Source of the DNA: Octopus sinensis
Lineage: Eukaryota
DNA: 64,000 nt
Direction: 5' to 3'
Assembly (NCBI RefSeq): GCF_006345805.1
Contig: NC_042999.1
Span: forward strand, 50,964,001-51,028,000
Position 1 is the stretch's first letter, and every line of letters starts with the position of its first letter. The position numbers were made by a program, and so were the translations under genes. Below are positions 37,591-49,999 of the stretch, piece by piece. The notes beneath the pieces were generated by a model, which was not told the origin of the DNA, did no database searches, and saw nothing but the letters and a program-made list of their open reading frames with translations.

Positions 37591-38119
37591 GTTATTCAGT
37601 TAGTTTCTAACATAATCTTTATTCTACACTGTTAACTCACATTTGATAGAAAATGTTTTATTATACTAGTGTTGACAGGGGTAAATTTTACACTAAAATA
37701 TTAATTTCTATAATATTTATTTAGATATATTACAAGATTTGATGTTTCTAATTTAATCGTTAATAACTTCCTTAGGTATAAGCATTTTCAATATACATCG
37801 TAATTGTACTTTAGGTATTTAATATTTTTTAATTATTATTTGAAATTTTTATTTTTATTTTTAATATGATTTTTAACTTTTAATTTTAAACATTTACCTG
37901 TAAATAATAATAATATACACAGCCTGGGGACACACTGGCAGATCTCTGTATTAAGTATAGCTTTAATACACACCCCACCAGCACAGAAATACGTGTAGCT
38001 ATAGCAGAAGACACTTGCCCAAGGTGCCACATTGTATGACTGAACCTGGAACTATGTGGTTGGGAAGCAAGCTTCTTACCATACAGCCACTCCTGCATAT
38101 ATATATATATATATATGAA

Positions 38120-38348
38120 AAAGGCGGCGAGCTGGTAGAAACGTTAGCACGCCGGGCGAAATTCGTAGCCGTATTTCGTCTGTCATTACGTTCCGAGTTC
38201 AAATTCCGCCGAGGTCGACTTTGCCTTTCATCCTTTCGGGGTCGATAAATTAAGTACCAGTTACGCACTGGGGTCGATGTAGTCGACTTTATCCTTTTGT
38301 CTGTCCTTGTTTGTCCCCTGTGTTTAGCCCCTTGTGGGTAGTAAAGAA

Positions 38349-38350
<2 letters not shown>
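38120..38350 (+). mobile_element. SINE family A (CpG-rich, young)
   Basis: Match to 81-311 with CpGs retained. Confidence 0.88.
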
Positions 38351-38385
<35 letters not shown>

Positions 38386-38389
38386 ATAT

Positions 38390-38720
38390 GGGAGACTCCT
38401 TCAGTCACAAATGACCATGGGATTGCACCAAGAAAGTTACCCTCCAAGGCACAAGTCCGGGCAAGGTTGTTTTATGGAAGACCAGCAGTTACCCATGCAT
38501 ACCAGCCTCCCCTCCCCATGCCACTGAGGTTATCCAAGGGAAAGGCAAAGGGTGATACAGCTTGGCATCAGTGACGTCGCAACTCATTTCTACAGCTGAG
38601 TGAACTGGAGCAACATGAAATAAAGTGTCTTGCTCAAGAAAACAACACGCAGCCTGGTCCAACTCACAACCTCATGATCATAAGCTCGATGCTCTAATCA
38701 CTGAGCCATGCGCCTTCACT
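38390..38720 (-). mobile_element. tRNA-derived SINE
   Basis: tRNA-like head GGCGCATGGCTCAGTG.TTAGAGC on the minus strand; body shared with 10062-10268. Confidence 0.7.
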
Positions 38721-38734
38721 ATATATATAGTTCA

Positions 38735-38915
38735 AATTTATAGAAAAACAAAAGACAAAGACATGTGTAGGGACAACAAGCAAATGTATTAGTTTGATGC
38801 TTGGGGAAAATAGAAAAGTCTTTTATGTTTCGAGCCTATACTCATTGACAGAAAAATAAGAGGAAATAAATAGAGAGAGAATGAAAAAAAATGTGTAGAG
38901 TTGAGCGGTCCAATG
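38735..38915 (-). ncRNA. Family 3 hammerhead-bearing element (decayed)
   Basis: Motif 38819-38855: CUGUCAA-U-GAGU(auag)GCUC-GAA-ACAU-A-AAAGA. Confidence 0.5.
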
Positions 38916-39266
38916 CTTATTAATTTATATTGTTTTGAATTAATTATGTAGTGTTTGGTGTTAGAAAGGGTATCCAGCAGTAAAAATCCTGTTATAACAG
39001 TCACAGAAGCCTGGTGCAGGCTTTGGCCTGGCCAGCTCTTGTGGTACCATGTGGTAGCATGGAACACGAACATTAAATGATGATGATGATGATATCTCAT
39101 GCCTTTGAGATTTTGATGATGTGATTGTTTATTTTTAGAATGACATTGTAAGGTAGATGTGAGAGGCTGGACCTGGTCAGTTTGAACATAAAATGAGTAG
39201 AATATTTTGGCCGGATATGGTAGGTTTGAATGTTAAAGGGTTAAATCATCAGTGATTCTTGACCTT

Positions 39267-39568
39267 GTTTGTTCCTTCTCAAGCCATGCCTGGCTCATAG
39301 GGCTGGTTTCCTGGTTTCCTTGGCATATAGGTTCCTCACCTGGATGGGACACTGGTCTGTTGCAGGTGAGCTGCAAGATGCAGGAGGAAAGAGTGAGAGT
39401 AAGTTGTGGTGAAAGAGTCAGCAGAAGTTCGCAATTACCCTCTGCCAGAACTGCATGGTGCTTAGGCGTTTCGCTCATAAACACACACATCACCTGGTCT
39501 GAGATTCGAACCTGCAATTCCTCGACTGCGAGTTCACTGCTCTAACCACTAGGCCATGTGCCTCCACT
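39267..39568 (-). mobile_element. SINE family D with 12-bp TSD
   Basis: TSD ATTCTTGACCTT at 39255-39266 and 39569-39580. Confidence 0.88.
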
Positions 39569-39831
39569 ATTCTTGACCTTACATTGTCCCAAATAATGTT
39601 TAGAAGCTGAAATATTTTGTACCCTGCCAAGCCTTCATTTGCAGCCCCATCTTCTTGTATCCTTGAGCCTGCTTATATCTACCTATAGTTCATCTACCTC
39701 TTCATCTATCCCTTTATTACTCACCAACCTCCATCTCTCATCTTCCTACCACCTGTACTGACTGCATCGTCCTCATTACTCTCACTCCCTTTGACCTTCA
39801 CTAGGCCTTTATATAAGAGACTGAATTAGAC

Positions 39832-39980
39832 CAGTTCTCCACAACCAGTGTTCTGTGACACACTGGTGTGCCACAGTGTAACCTCCCTATGTTTTTAGTT
39901 ACAATTTTAGTTCAGGTGTGCCACTGAATTTTGAAAAGAATATAAGTATACTGCAAATGAACAAAGGTTGCAGAGCACTG
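39832..39980. mobile_element. hAT-type MITE
   Basis: TIRs CAGTTCTCCACAACC / GGTTGCAGAGCACTG, with 8-bp TSD AATTAGAC on both sides. Confidence 0.8.
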
Positions 39981-40037
39981 AATTAGACCACCCTCAACTC
40001 CCACCCCAGCACACTCTAGATTTGCTGGGCTGTACTG

Positions 40038-40124
<87 letters not shown>

Positions 40125-40125
<1 letters not shown>

Positions 40126-40445
40126 GTACTTATTCAATCAGCCACTTTTGCCGAACCACTATGTTAAAGGATATGTAAACAGACCAACACCTATTGTCAA
40201 ATAGTGATGGGGGGACAACCACAGATACAAAGACACACACTCACACATAGATATATACATACATACATATATATATACACATAAATGATGGATTTCTTTG
40301 AGTTTCTGCCCACCAAATTCACTCACAAGGCATTGGTCAGTCCAAGGCTATAGTAGAAGACACTTGCCCAAGGTGGCTTGCATTGGGACTGAACTTGGAA
40401 CCATAGACTGGGAAGCAAGCTTTTACCACACAACCACGCCTGCAC
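40125..40445 (-). mobile_element. SINE family B (degenerate)
   Basis: Reverse-complement match to family B. Confidence 0.75.
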
Positions 40446-41057
40446 CTATACAAAAATATTTAAATTTTTTTATGCAATTCTTTATAATATTTAATTATAA
40501 AGATACAGTAAGGGTTTTTTTTTATATATATATACAGCGAATGGGTATGGAGGCCCAGTAGAGTTAAATAAAAATCAAAGGGTACATAGGTAAAAAATAG
40601 TTGAGAAGCACTGTTCTATATTTACAGCATACAAAGCCCCCCTCCTGCCTTGTGCTGTGGCTATCTATAATAAAACCTGCCTACTCGCTTTACAGTGCTT
40701 CATGAGCAAAACAATTTCTATAATGCAGGGACGCACACAAAAAAAAAAAAACATGTATTCAGTACACAATGTAAAGTGGTTTGCAATCAATGGAGATGGC
40801 ATAGAGCTGGGAAGTCCCTATAGCGCTGTCTCACTGTGGATTATTCATCCTCTCCAGCATTGATGCCATGATAAAATGCACCCAGTTCACCCAGTTAAGT
40901 GGTTGGCGATGAGAATAAAATCCAATCAAAGAATCCAAGCTAAACAACATGTATGAGGACCGACCAGCCTATACAAGTAGTGGCTATTAAAGGAATGATT
41001 CAGACCATAACAGTATGTATAATCCATGCAAGCATAGAAATGATGATGAGGATATAC

Positions 41058-41100
<43 letters not shown>

Positions 41101-41609
41101 TGTGTACAGTGCTCAGGTGCACTACAACTCATCTAAAGTGTATATATAATCAGGTGTAGTTATATATATATATATACATTCTGTCGTAATAATATGAGTT
41201 CAAGTACTGCAAGCAGCCTTCAACTTTTTCTAGTCAAAGGAGTTTTTGAACCCAATATTATTTATAGTTTTTCCCATTTTAAGTTTCCCCATTAAAAACT
41301 CAGTGTGTGTGTGGGTGTGTGCATATGCCAAAGGATATGAGCAGCTATTATTTTGTATGTCAGAAATATTCTGCTTAATAGAAAAGCCAAACAAATACAT
41401 ATGGTTGGAACTTTGCTCGAAAAATGAATGGACAGCTTTATAAAATTCTTAATTGTAATGAGTATGGTGATCAGTAATTTTTCTGGGTTTTTTTTTTTTA
41501 AAGCTGGAATGATTCCATTATGCTTAACTCATTAGATCCAAGATTCTTTGAACAGCATAACATCAGTGTTTTGTCCATTTTTCTATTTGTCAGTCTTTAA
41601 CACTCACAT

Positions 41610-41636
41610 ATATATACATACATATGCTATCATTAC

Positions 41637-41674
<38 letters not shown>

Positions 41675-41731
41675 TAAATACACGTATATAAAGATAAATA
41701 GATATTAATATATATATATGCTATAGATACA

Positions 41732-41762
<31 letters not shown>

Positions 41763-41771
41763 GCTAGATAC

Positions 41772-41814
<43 letters not shown>

Positions 41815-41838
41815 TATGCTATAGATACATAACTATAT

Positions 41839-41871
<33 letters not shown>

Positions 41872-42420
41872 GCTATAGATACATAACTATAATATATATA
41901 TAATATATATATATAATATAGATGCATAGAGATAACATAATATAATATATATATGCATGTATACAGATATATATATATATATACATCTGTATATATGCTA
42001 CTTAATTATATTCTATGTATACATACATATATATATATATGTATACATACATATATTATACATCATATATATATAACATATATGTATACATACATATATA
42101 TATATACATACATATATGTATACATACATATATATATACATATATGTATACATACATATATATATACATATATGTATACATACATATATATATACATATA
42201 TGTATACATACATATATATATACATATATGTATACATACATATATATATACATATATGTATACATACATATATATACAATATGTATACATATATATATAA
42301 TATATATACATATATACATACATATATATATATATACATACATATATATATAATATATGTATATCCCCATACATAATATACGATATCCATAATACATATA
42401 TATACATACATACATATATT

Positions 42421-42455
<35 letters not shown>

Positions 42456-42458
42456 ATC

Positions 42459-42491
<33 letters not shown>

Positions 42492-42492
42492 C

Positions 42493-42529
<37 letters not shown>

Positions 42530-42832
42530 ACATGTATGGATATACATATATATATCCATACATATATACATATATCCATACATATATACATATATCCATA
42601 CATATATACATATATCCATACATATATACATATATCCATACATATATATATATATCCATACATATATATATATATATCCATACATACATATATATATCCA
42701 AACATACATATATATATATATATATATGTATACATACATATATATATATTTGCTATGTATACTTATATACATGGTATGTATACATATAGAATATATACAT
42801 GCTACGTATGCAAATAGATATATACACTCTGT

Positions 42833-42884
<52 letters not shown>

Positions 42885-42930
42885 TACACATTATACAATC
42901 TATCTATCTATCTATCTATCTATGCATAAA
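41610..42930. repeat. Complex AT-rich micro/minisatellite
   Basis: (AT)n interleaved with approximately 28-bp CATATATGTATACATACATATATATATA units and approximately 20-bp CATATATACATATATCCATA units. Confidence 0.92.
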
Positions 42931-43259
42931 TATGTGTGCGTGTGTGTTATACTCTATATATAGTATTAATAAAGAAGTATATAGTTAGAGGCAGGTGAAT
43001 TCAATAACATATGAAAATATATCAAACTTATTTGTTCGTATTACAATCTCTCACACACGGCTCGTGTTTACTACAGCAGCTGATTTCCTTGCCTGCTTCA
43101 ATAACAACATGTAAAGCACGAATGAGATCACACACACACACACCTCATCTCTCTCTCTCTAATAGGGAAAGAATGATGAACATCGTGAATATATGCATGC
43201 AAGCATGCATGCAGACAAGCACGCACACATACATATATGCATGCACATTCATGCAACTA

Positions 43260-43314
<55 letters not shown>

Positions 43315-43342
43315 TATAATCACGTGTGTGTATGTGTGTATA

Positions 43343-43669
43343 TTTACTCTTTTACTTGTTTCAGTCATTTGACTGCGGCCGTGCTGGAGCACCGCCTTTA
43401 ATCGAACAACTCGACCCCGGGACTTATTCTTTTTGTAAGCCCAGGACTTATTCTATCGGTCTCTTTTGCCGAACCGCTAAGTAACGGGGACATAAACACA
43501 CCAGCATCAGTTGTCAAGCAGTGCTAGAGGGACAAACACAGACACACAAACACGCATATAGATATATACATATATACGACGGGCTTCTTTCAGTTTCCGT
43601 CTACCAAATCCACTCACAAGGCTTTGGTTGGCCCGAGGCTATAGTAGAAGACACTTGCCCAAGGTGCCA

Positions 43670-43670
<1 letters not shown>
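43343..43670 (-). mobile_element. SINE family B (head-truncated)
   Basis: Reverse-complement match to family B. Confidence 0.85.
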
Positions 43671-43733
<63 letters not shown>

Positions 43734-43899
43734 CAAATTGAGATAGGGGTTGTAAATGCAACCCTGTTTGTGTCTGTATGTATATATACATATACACACT
43801 CACACACTCCACTTACATTCATGTATGTATGTAAACAATTGCATACCGTTATATACATATATGAAAGAATTTCTTGTATAGTGTGTTCAGGTGCATGCT

Positions 43900-45610
43900 A
43901 TAGAAAATGTACGAAGAAAATAAAAGTGTTTTATAAGACGTATACACGTTTCGTATACATCTTCATAAATAGATGGGTACTTCGAATTATACATTTATGC
44001 ATACATTTAAATATCTGTATAGTGTATATAAGTGAAGAACGAAACGGTAAACCATATATTTCTTTCTTTCTCTCCGATATCTCATGTCATTCATTCAAAA
44101 CCCAAAACACACCCAATTACAGGTCCGATTGGCACCTAGCAAAACAATCACCTATAACAGACAATTGCTCAAGTTTTCTCTCCTAAAACAAGAAGAGTTA
44201 ACTGCGATTTTCGAAGCATATATTTTCAACATGTGAAGGAAGTTATCGTTGTAGTTTTTTTTTTATTTTTAGTTTCCTTAAATGTTTCTTTTTTTCTTTA
44301 TTCTATCACCACAATCTTCACTCTTTTTTTTTTATCCACCCCGTTTGGATGTATGGTATGGATTTTTTTTTTCTCACATCGTTTAGAAATCAATGAGCTG
44401 CTGAAGCTGGTCGAGTAATTTTAATTATTTTTGATAATAAAAATAATAATGATAATAATAATAATAATAATGTTGACACGCATGAGAACAAATGTCATTA
44501 TCAGCTTCAAATAAACTAACGATACCGGTCAATAACCTGTGGTAAGAACCATTGCAATAAAAACAAAAATTGTAGTAATGCTAACGAACTGTGAGCATCT
44601 CAACATCAAAGTCAAATTAAAGATGGTTTATAAAAACAAGGACAATTTTAATTACCTGGAAAATGTAAGTGTTGGACTGCTATATCACTCGCTGAAATCG
44701 CGTGTTGCTTCTCTCTTTCCTTATATTTTTTGTTTAATATTTTTTTTTTCCGTCTCTCTATTGGTTTTCTGAATGATTGTTTTGTTATTATTTATTTATT
44801 TCTGCGTTAATATACATAACTTTGGAAAGGTGTGTGCAAAAACAATGCGTGTCTATATACGTGTGTGTATTCGTAATTACAGTGGGTACATGTGTACGTG
44901 TGTTTACTTGAATGTAATGCTATGTGTGATGGGTCTTATCTAGATGCAGAGAGACATGAAACACCAAGCAAACACTTTCCGTAGACATAAATAGATACAT
45001 GTGTATACAGTTCACATTCACCCGTTAATTGGTCTTTCTGTAAATGCCCGTTGCCGTGGATATCGACCTGGTGTAGCTAGCAATTAGTGGGGCAACTCCC
45101 TCCACATAAGAGCTAGGTACCGTGCAAAGTGCAGAAGCTGTGTCGCTCTCCAACAAACATAAACAGGCTCCGTTATTTACAGCAGAAAGAGAAAGTACGA
45201 TTGTAATAACACCGCTGCTTCTGCTGTTGTTGTATGCAAGCCGTAATTAAAGTAGAGGGAGAGGTTGTTCACGTGGAGGTCCGTGCTCGCTGCACACACC
45301 AAAATTGAATGGAGCTAGTTTGATCAGCTGGTCGTCGACTGTTTTGGTATTTTTTGAGGTACGACCATTGTTGAAAGGATGACCGCGACAATGTTATTTA
45401 TTAGGAACATTGATAAAGCCTTAAAACATTCTACCATGACGTTTGTAAAGGCGGTTGCTATGATCAAAAGGAAAATGCTAAGCGATGACAACAGAGGTAA
45501 CACTATCTGCACGATAAATAAATAGCAGTTGCTATAAACTTACTGGTTTGGGGGAACGTGGACTTTCTCAAATCTTGTTATCATCTATAATAATAATAAT
45601 GATAATAATG

Positions 45611-45647
<37 letters not shown>

Positions 45648-46100
45648 TGATGATGATGATGCATAGAGCAGTAGTTGACAATGAAAGTTTTGTGGTTATT
45701 AAAGATTACTACAATCCATATTGTTGTCAACGTGATCACTTGGGTACAGCTTCTTCTTCAGTTGATAACATTCAGCTGCATGGAGTCGTATTTTTCTCTC
45801 CTTAAAACAAAATAAAGGTAACATGGGTGAATGAAAAAAAGAAGGAGGAATAAAGAAAGAATGGAAGGTTAGGGAGAAATAAAAAAAAATTGTAAATTCG
45901 TCAGTTTGTGAATGACCGGCTTTCAATAATATATGTACACTGTCATCGCATGTGATGACACGGCCGTCGTCGTTCGTAACTCTTTCAAGAAAACCTGTCA
46001 CATTGCCATTACTTGAAATAACTAATTTCAACGAAAGTCCCCCAAAATCTGTTGATTAACTCTGAAATTAAGAACCAAGTGGTTGATCCTGGTCACCAGT
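43900..46100. promoter_or_regulatory. TE-poor, CpG-retaining island (candidate promoter or first-exon region)
   Basis: About 20 CpG counted in 45001-45480 versus about 1 in 5281-5760. No recognisable TE. A CCAAT-box-like CCGATTGG lies near 44125. Confidence 0.45.
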
Positions 46101-46708
46101 TTCGATTAGTAAATTTGTTTATTATACCTTTTGTTTATCTGTCTTGGTCTTGAAATTTATTTTACTCCAGTCACCAAAAGACAGATAAATAAATGAATGA
46201 AAGAATGAATAAACATGATAAACCCACGGTCAACACACACACACACAATACTCACATGTATATACATATGCAATAAACCCACGCTCAACACACACACACA
46301 CAACACACATATACACACATATGCATAATATTAAAATTGTAATGATGTTAGGATTCTTGGATGTAGGTGGTATGTAGCTTCCTGGTGCAAAGGAGCAGCT
46401 GTTGTTGCAGCAGAAGGCAGTAGGGGAGAAGATACACCACCTCTGTGAGCTAACAGTTGTAGTATGTTGGTGAATGGATCCTGGCTTATCTGTCAAATAC
46501 CCCCCACTTTGGGATATGATCAAGGGTGTTATTGTGTACGTGCGTGTGTGACAGCTATACTGTGTCAGATATGCAGTTTGCTTGTGACTTTTTTTAGAGG
46601 GTAAGTAGATGGATTATCTGAGTTCAGAGTTGAAATCCTGAAGGAAAATGGTGCTTTGGCAATATATATATATATAAATATATGGAGGTGTAATTCAAAT
46701 TCTTTTAC

Positions 46709-46792
46709 TTCCGACACATGTTTCAAAGATATCACTGATATTATTCCAAAGGAATAAAATGGTGTAAAACATGTAATCTTCTCTTCAGGGAA
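46709..46792 (-). ncRNA. Type-I hammerhead ribozyme, family 1
   Basis: UUCC-CUGAAGA-GAAGAU(long loop)AUCUUU-GAA-ACAUGUGU-C-GGAA on the minus strand. Confidence 0.72.
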
Positions 46793-46799
46793 AAATACA

Positions 46800-46833
<34 letters not shown>

Positions 46834-46840
46834 AATAAAA

Positions 46841-46878
46841 CTGTCCGACGAACGGGAACGTGAAACTCCGAGTAACAG
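46841..46878 (+). ncRNA. Minimal type-I hammerhead ribozyme, U4C core variant (family 2)
   Basis: CUGU-CCGACGA-ACG(ggaa)CGU-GAA-ACUC(c)GAGU-A-ACAG. Predicted cleavage after the GUA ending at 46874. Confidence 0.75.
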
Positions 46879-46910
46879 GTTTTGTTGAATTTCTGCTGCT
46901 TTTAAATAAA

Positions 46911-46934
<24 letters not shown>

Positions 46935-46944
<10 letters not shown>

Positions 46945-47268
46945 TGTACAGAAAATGAAGACAAAAGACATGTGAAGGAACAACAAGCAGGTGTATTAGG
47001 TTGACACTCAGGAAAAACAGAAAAGTCTTTGGCATTTCGAGCCTACACTCTCTGACAGAAAGGAATGAGAGGGAAAAAAAATGGAAGGAGGAAAAAAAAT
47101 ATGTTGCAATTAATAGTTCTACACACACATACACACAACCACACATACACACAACCACACATACACACATAGTTGAAATTTATAGAAAAAAAAAAGGTAA
47201 AGACAGGTGTATGATCAACAAGCAAGTGTATTAGTTTGACGCTTGGGAAAATGAAAAAGTCTTATATA
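46935..47268 (-). ncRNA. Tandem family 3 elements (second one truncated)
   Basis: Decayed motif at 47026-47062; the second unit starts at about 47170. Confidence 0.5.
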
Positions 47269-47280
47269 TATACATATATA

Positions 47281-47442
47281 AGGCACAGGAGTGGCTGTGT
47301 GGTAAGTAGCTTGCTAACCAACCACATGGTTCCGGGTTCAGTCCCACTGCGTGGCACCTTGGGCAAGTGTCTTCTGCTATAGCCTCGGGCCAACCAAAGC
47401 CTTGTGAGTGGATTTGGTAGACAGAAACTGAAAGAAGCCTGT

Positions 47443-47488
<46 letters not shown>

Positions 47489-47712
47489 ATGTGTGTGTGT
47501 TTGTGTGTCTGTGTTTGTCCCCCTAGCATTGCTTGACAATCGATGCTGGCTTGTTTATGTCCCCGTCACTTAGCGGTTCAGCAAAAAGAGACCGATAGAA
47601 TAAGTACTGGGCTTACAAAAGAATAAGTCCCGGGGTCGAGTTGCTTGACTAAAGGCGGTGCTCCAGCATGGCCGCAGTCAAATGACTGAAACACGTAAAA
47701 GAGTAAAGAGAG
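47281..47712 (+). mobile_element. SINE family B
   Basis: Close match to 1053-1472. Confidence 0.88.
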
Positions 47713-47889
47713 TATATATTATACTCTGTGTGTGTGTGTGTGTGTACATGTATGTTGAAATAATCTCTGCTTGGGTTCCAGCCTTTGGAGTATCTGTGTC
47801 GGCTCTATCATTCACATCCAAAAATATACTTTGTGTTTTTTTTCTTTGATGGTTTATTATTGTTTGTTTTCTTTTTTTTTACTTAGTGG

Positions 47890-48250
47890 GTCTGGAAAAT
47901 GGGACAGTGTCCATGGCCTACAGCAGACTTTCCAGGGATTGGTGAGATCAATGCCATCAATGTTCCTACAGGGAAAAAACATGTAGTGAGGAGATACCAG
48001 CAGGCCAACATTCAGGGAAGGAAGACTGAATGTAAGAGTATAAAGGTTAACATGTTAACTGGGGTAGGGATTAAACACATGGCTGTTAAGAGGAGCTGAG
48101 ATGAGTGAGTTAGACGGTGCCTGAGTGTAGGGAACACAAGGGGAACCACAAGCAGGGAACAGAGGTCATTAAATTTGTGGTAGAAAAGACAGTGGGAGGT
48201 GATTGTATAGGTGTGTGTTTGGGAGGAATTCTATGCTAATTAGTCAAATG
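47890..48250 (-). mobile_element. LINE C-terminal remnant (CR1/Jockey group); second copy at 49830-49995(+)
   Basis: CLFYHKFNDLCS and YIQSSFP-like motifs. Nucleotide homology to 49830-49995 in the opposite orientation. Confidence 0.45.
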
Positions 48251-48324
48251 GCCCTTTTTTTTTATTTTTTGATGCAGTTTAGAATGCTTGTGTTAGTTTT
48301 AATGTTTGGGGGGTCATTTGTATT

Positions 48325-48722
48325 CTTTTATTCTTTTACTTGTTTCAGTCATTTGACTGTGGCCATGCTGGAGCACTGCCTTTAGTTGAGTAAATCGACC
48401 CCAGGACTTATTCTTTGTAAGCCTAGTATTTATTCTATCGGTCACTTTTGCCGAACTACTAAGTTACAGGGATGTAAATACTCCAGCATTGGTTGTCAAG
48501 CAAAGGTGGAGGACAAACATAGACATACAAATATATACATATATATATACACATGCATACACACACACACACACACACAATGCACTTCTTTCAGTTTCCA
48601 TGTTCCAGATCCACTCACAAGACTTTGATCAGCCTGCAGCTATAGTAGAAGAAACTTGCTCAAGGTGCCATGCAGAGGGACTGAATCCAGAACCATGTGG
48701 TTGGGAAGCAAGCTTCTTATCA
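48325..48722 (-). mobile_element. SINE family B
   Basis: Reverse-complement match to family B. Confidence 0.85.
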
Positions 48723-48745
48723 CTCATGTTGAATATTATTAGGAA

Positions 48746-49532
48746 CTAGCAGTATCGCCCGGCGTTGCTCGGGTTTGTAAGGGAAATAACTATAAAGCAT
48801 TTTTAGAGAGTTATAGCCAAAAAATAGCAAAAAAATGCATTAAAAATGGAAAAAAAATTAGAGTAAATTTTTTAAAAATCGTTGACTCATCGTAGACATT
48901 TTTAGAGAGTTACTTCCCTTATATAATAGCAAAAAATGCATTAAAATAGAAAAAAATGATGTTAAATTATTTTTAAAATCGTAGACTCATCGTAGACACG
49001 CGCTAATACCCAGAAGGGCTCGATATGAATCACGACTATAATAGCGAAAAAATGCATGAAAATGGAAAAAATGATGGTAAATTTTTTTTTAAATCGTAGA
49101 CTCATCGTAGACGCTTTCTTAGCCATTTCTGTTTTGGTGTCTTCCAGCCATGAAGTCGTTGTTCTAAAAGAACGCTGGTCTCCTTGACAATGCTTTACGA
49201 CGTTGATTTCCTTACACTCCCTTCCCCACAGCTTCACGAGGGAGGGAAGAAGGGGGAGAAGCAAACAGGTGTATGTGTGACCATGGATGCCAACTCCGCC
49301 ACCATCGACACACGAAAAATTATGCATTAAAATGGAATAAAAAATGATGTTAAATTATTTTTAAAATCGTAGACTCATCGTAGACGTGCGCTAATACTCA
49401 GACGGGCTCGATATGAATCGCGACTATAAGATACCCGAATTTGGTTAAACTGCACCGCAAAATGGAGGAGTAGTTAGGAATCTAAATCGAAGGGGACAGA
49501 CACTCACACAACTACAGTTTTATATATATAGA
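48746..49532 (-). mobile_element. Non-autonomous Helitron with internal tandem modules and a foreign segment
   Basis: Same termini as 15762-16062. Repeated AAATCGTAGACTCATCGTAGAC modules. An unrelated CpG-rich stretch lies at about 49113-49320. Confidence 0.75.
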
Positions 49533-49999
49533 TTATATTTAAAAAATGGTTAGAATATTTTGTATATTGTAGAAGTATAATTCATTTTTGCCCACAAATT
49601 TCAACAGAATCTTATATGGATCCCCAATGGGGTGGTGACAGTTGAGAATCACTACTGTAGAAGATATAAATGGCTACTCCAGCTGGGAAAAGAGAAAAGA
49701 AACAATGATGATGTGATATGGTATACTTTTCAAGATACAAGAAGGTGAAGAATATAAAAGAGAATACAGACAGAGGATCACAAAGAGTATGTGGTGAAAT
49801 TCCTTTACTGAATATTGGATGTGGATTTTCTGACTGATTAGCATAGAATTCCTCCCAAACACACATTAGCCTGTAACACACAGCTATGCAATCTCCTCCC
49901 AATGTCTTTTCTACCACAACCTTTAACGACCTATATTCTTATCTGGTAGCTTGCCTTGTGTTTCCTACACACAGGTACCTTCTAACTCATTCATCATCA

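Noticed and set aside
42013-42929. Many long overlapping ORFs rich in Y/I/C/M/V/H/T
   Set aside because: They are translations of AT/AC microsatellites that lack stop codons; not coding.
43521-44186. 221-aa ORF
   Set aside because: Composed of SINE B sequence, (AT)n and low-complexity flank.
45840-46040. Protein-like ORF KLVISSNGNVTGFLERVTNDDGRVITCDD
   Set aside because: No ATG start, no clear splice donor, and no recognised family; more likely UTR or promoter sequence.
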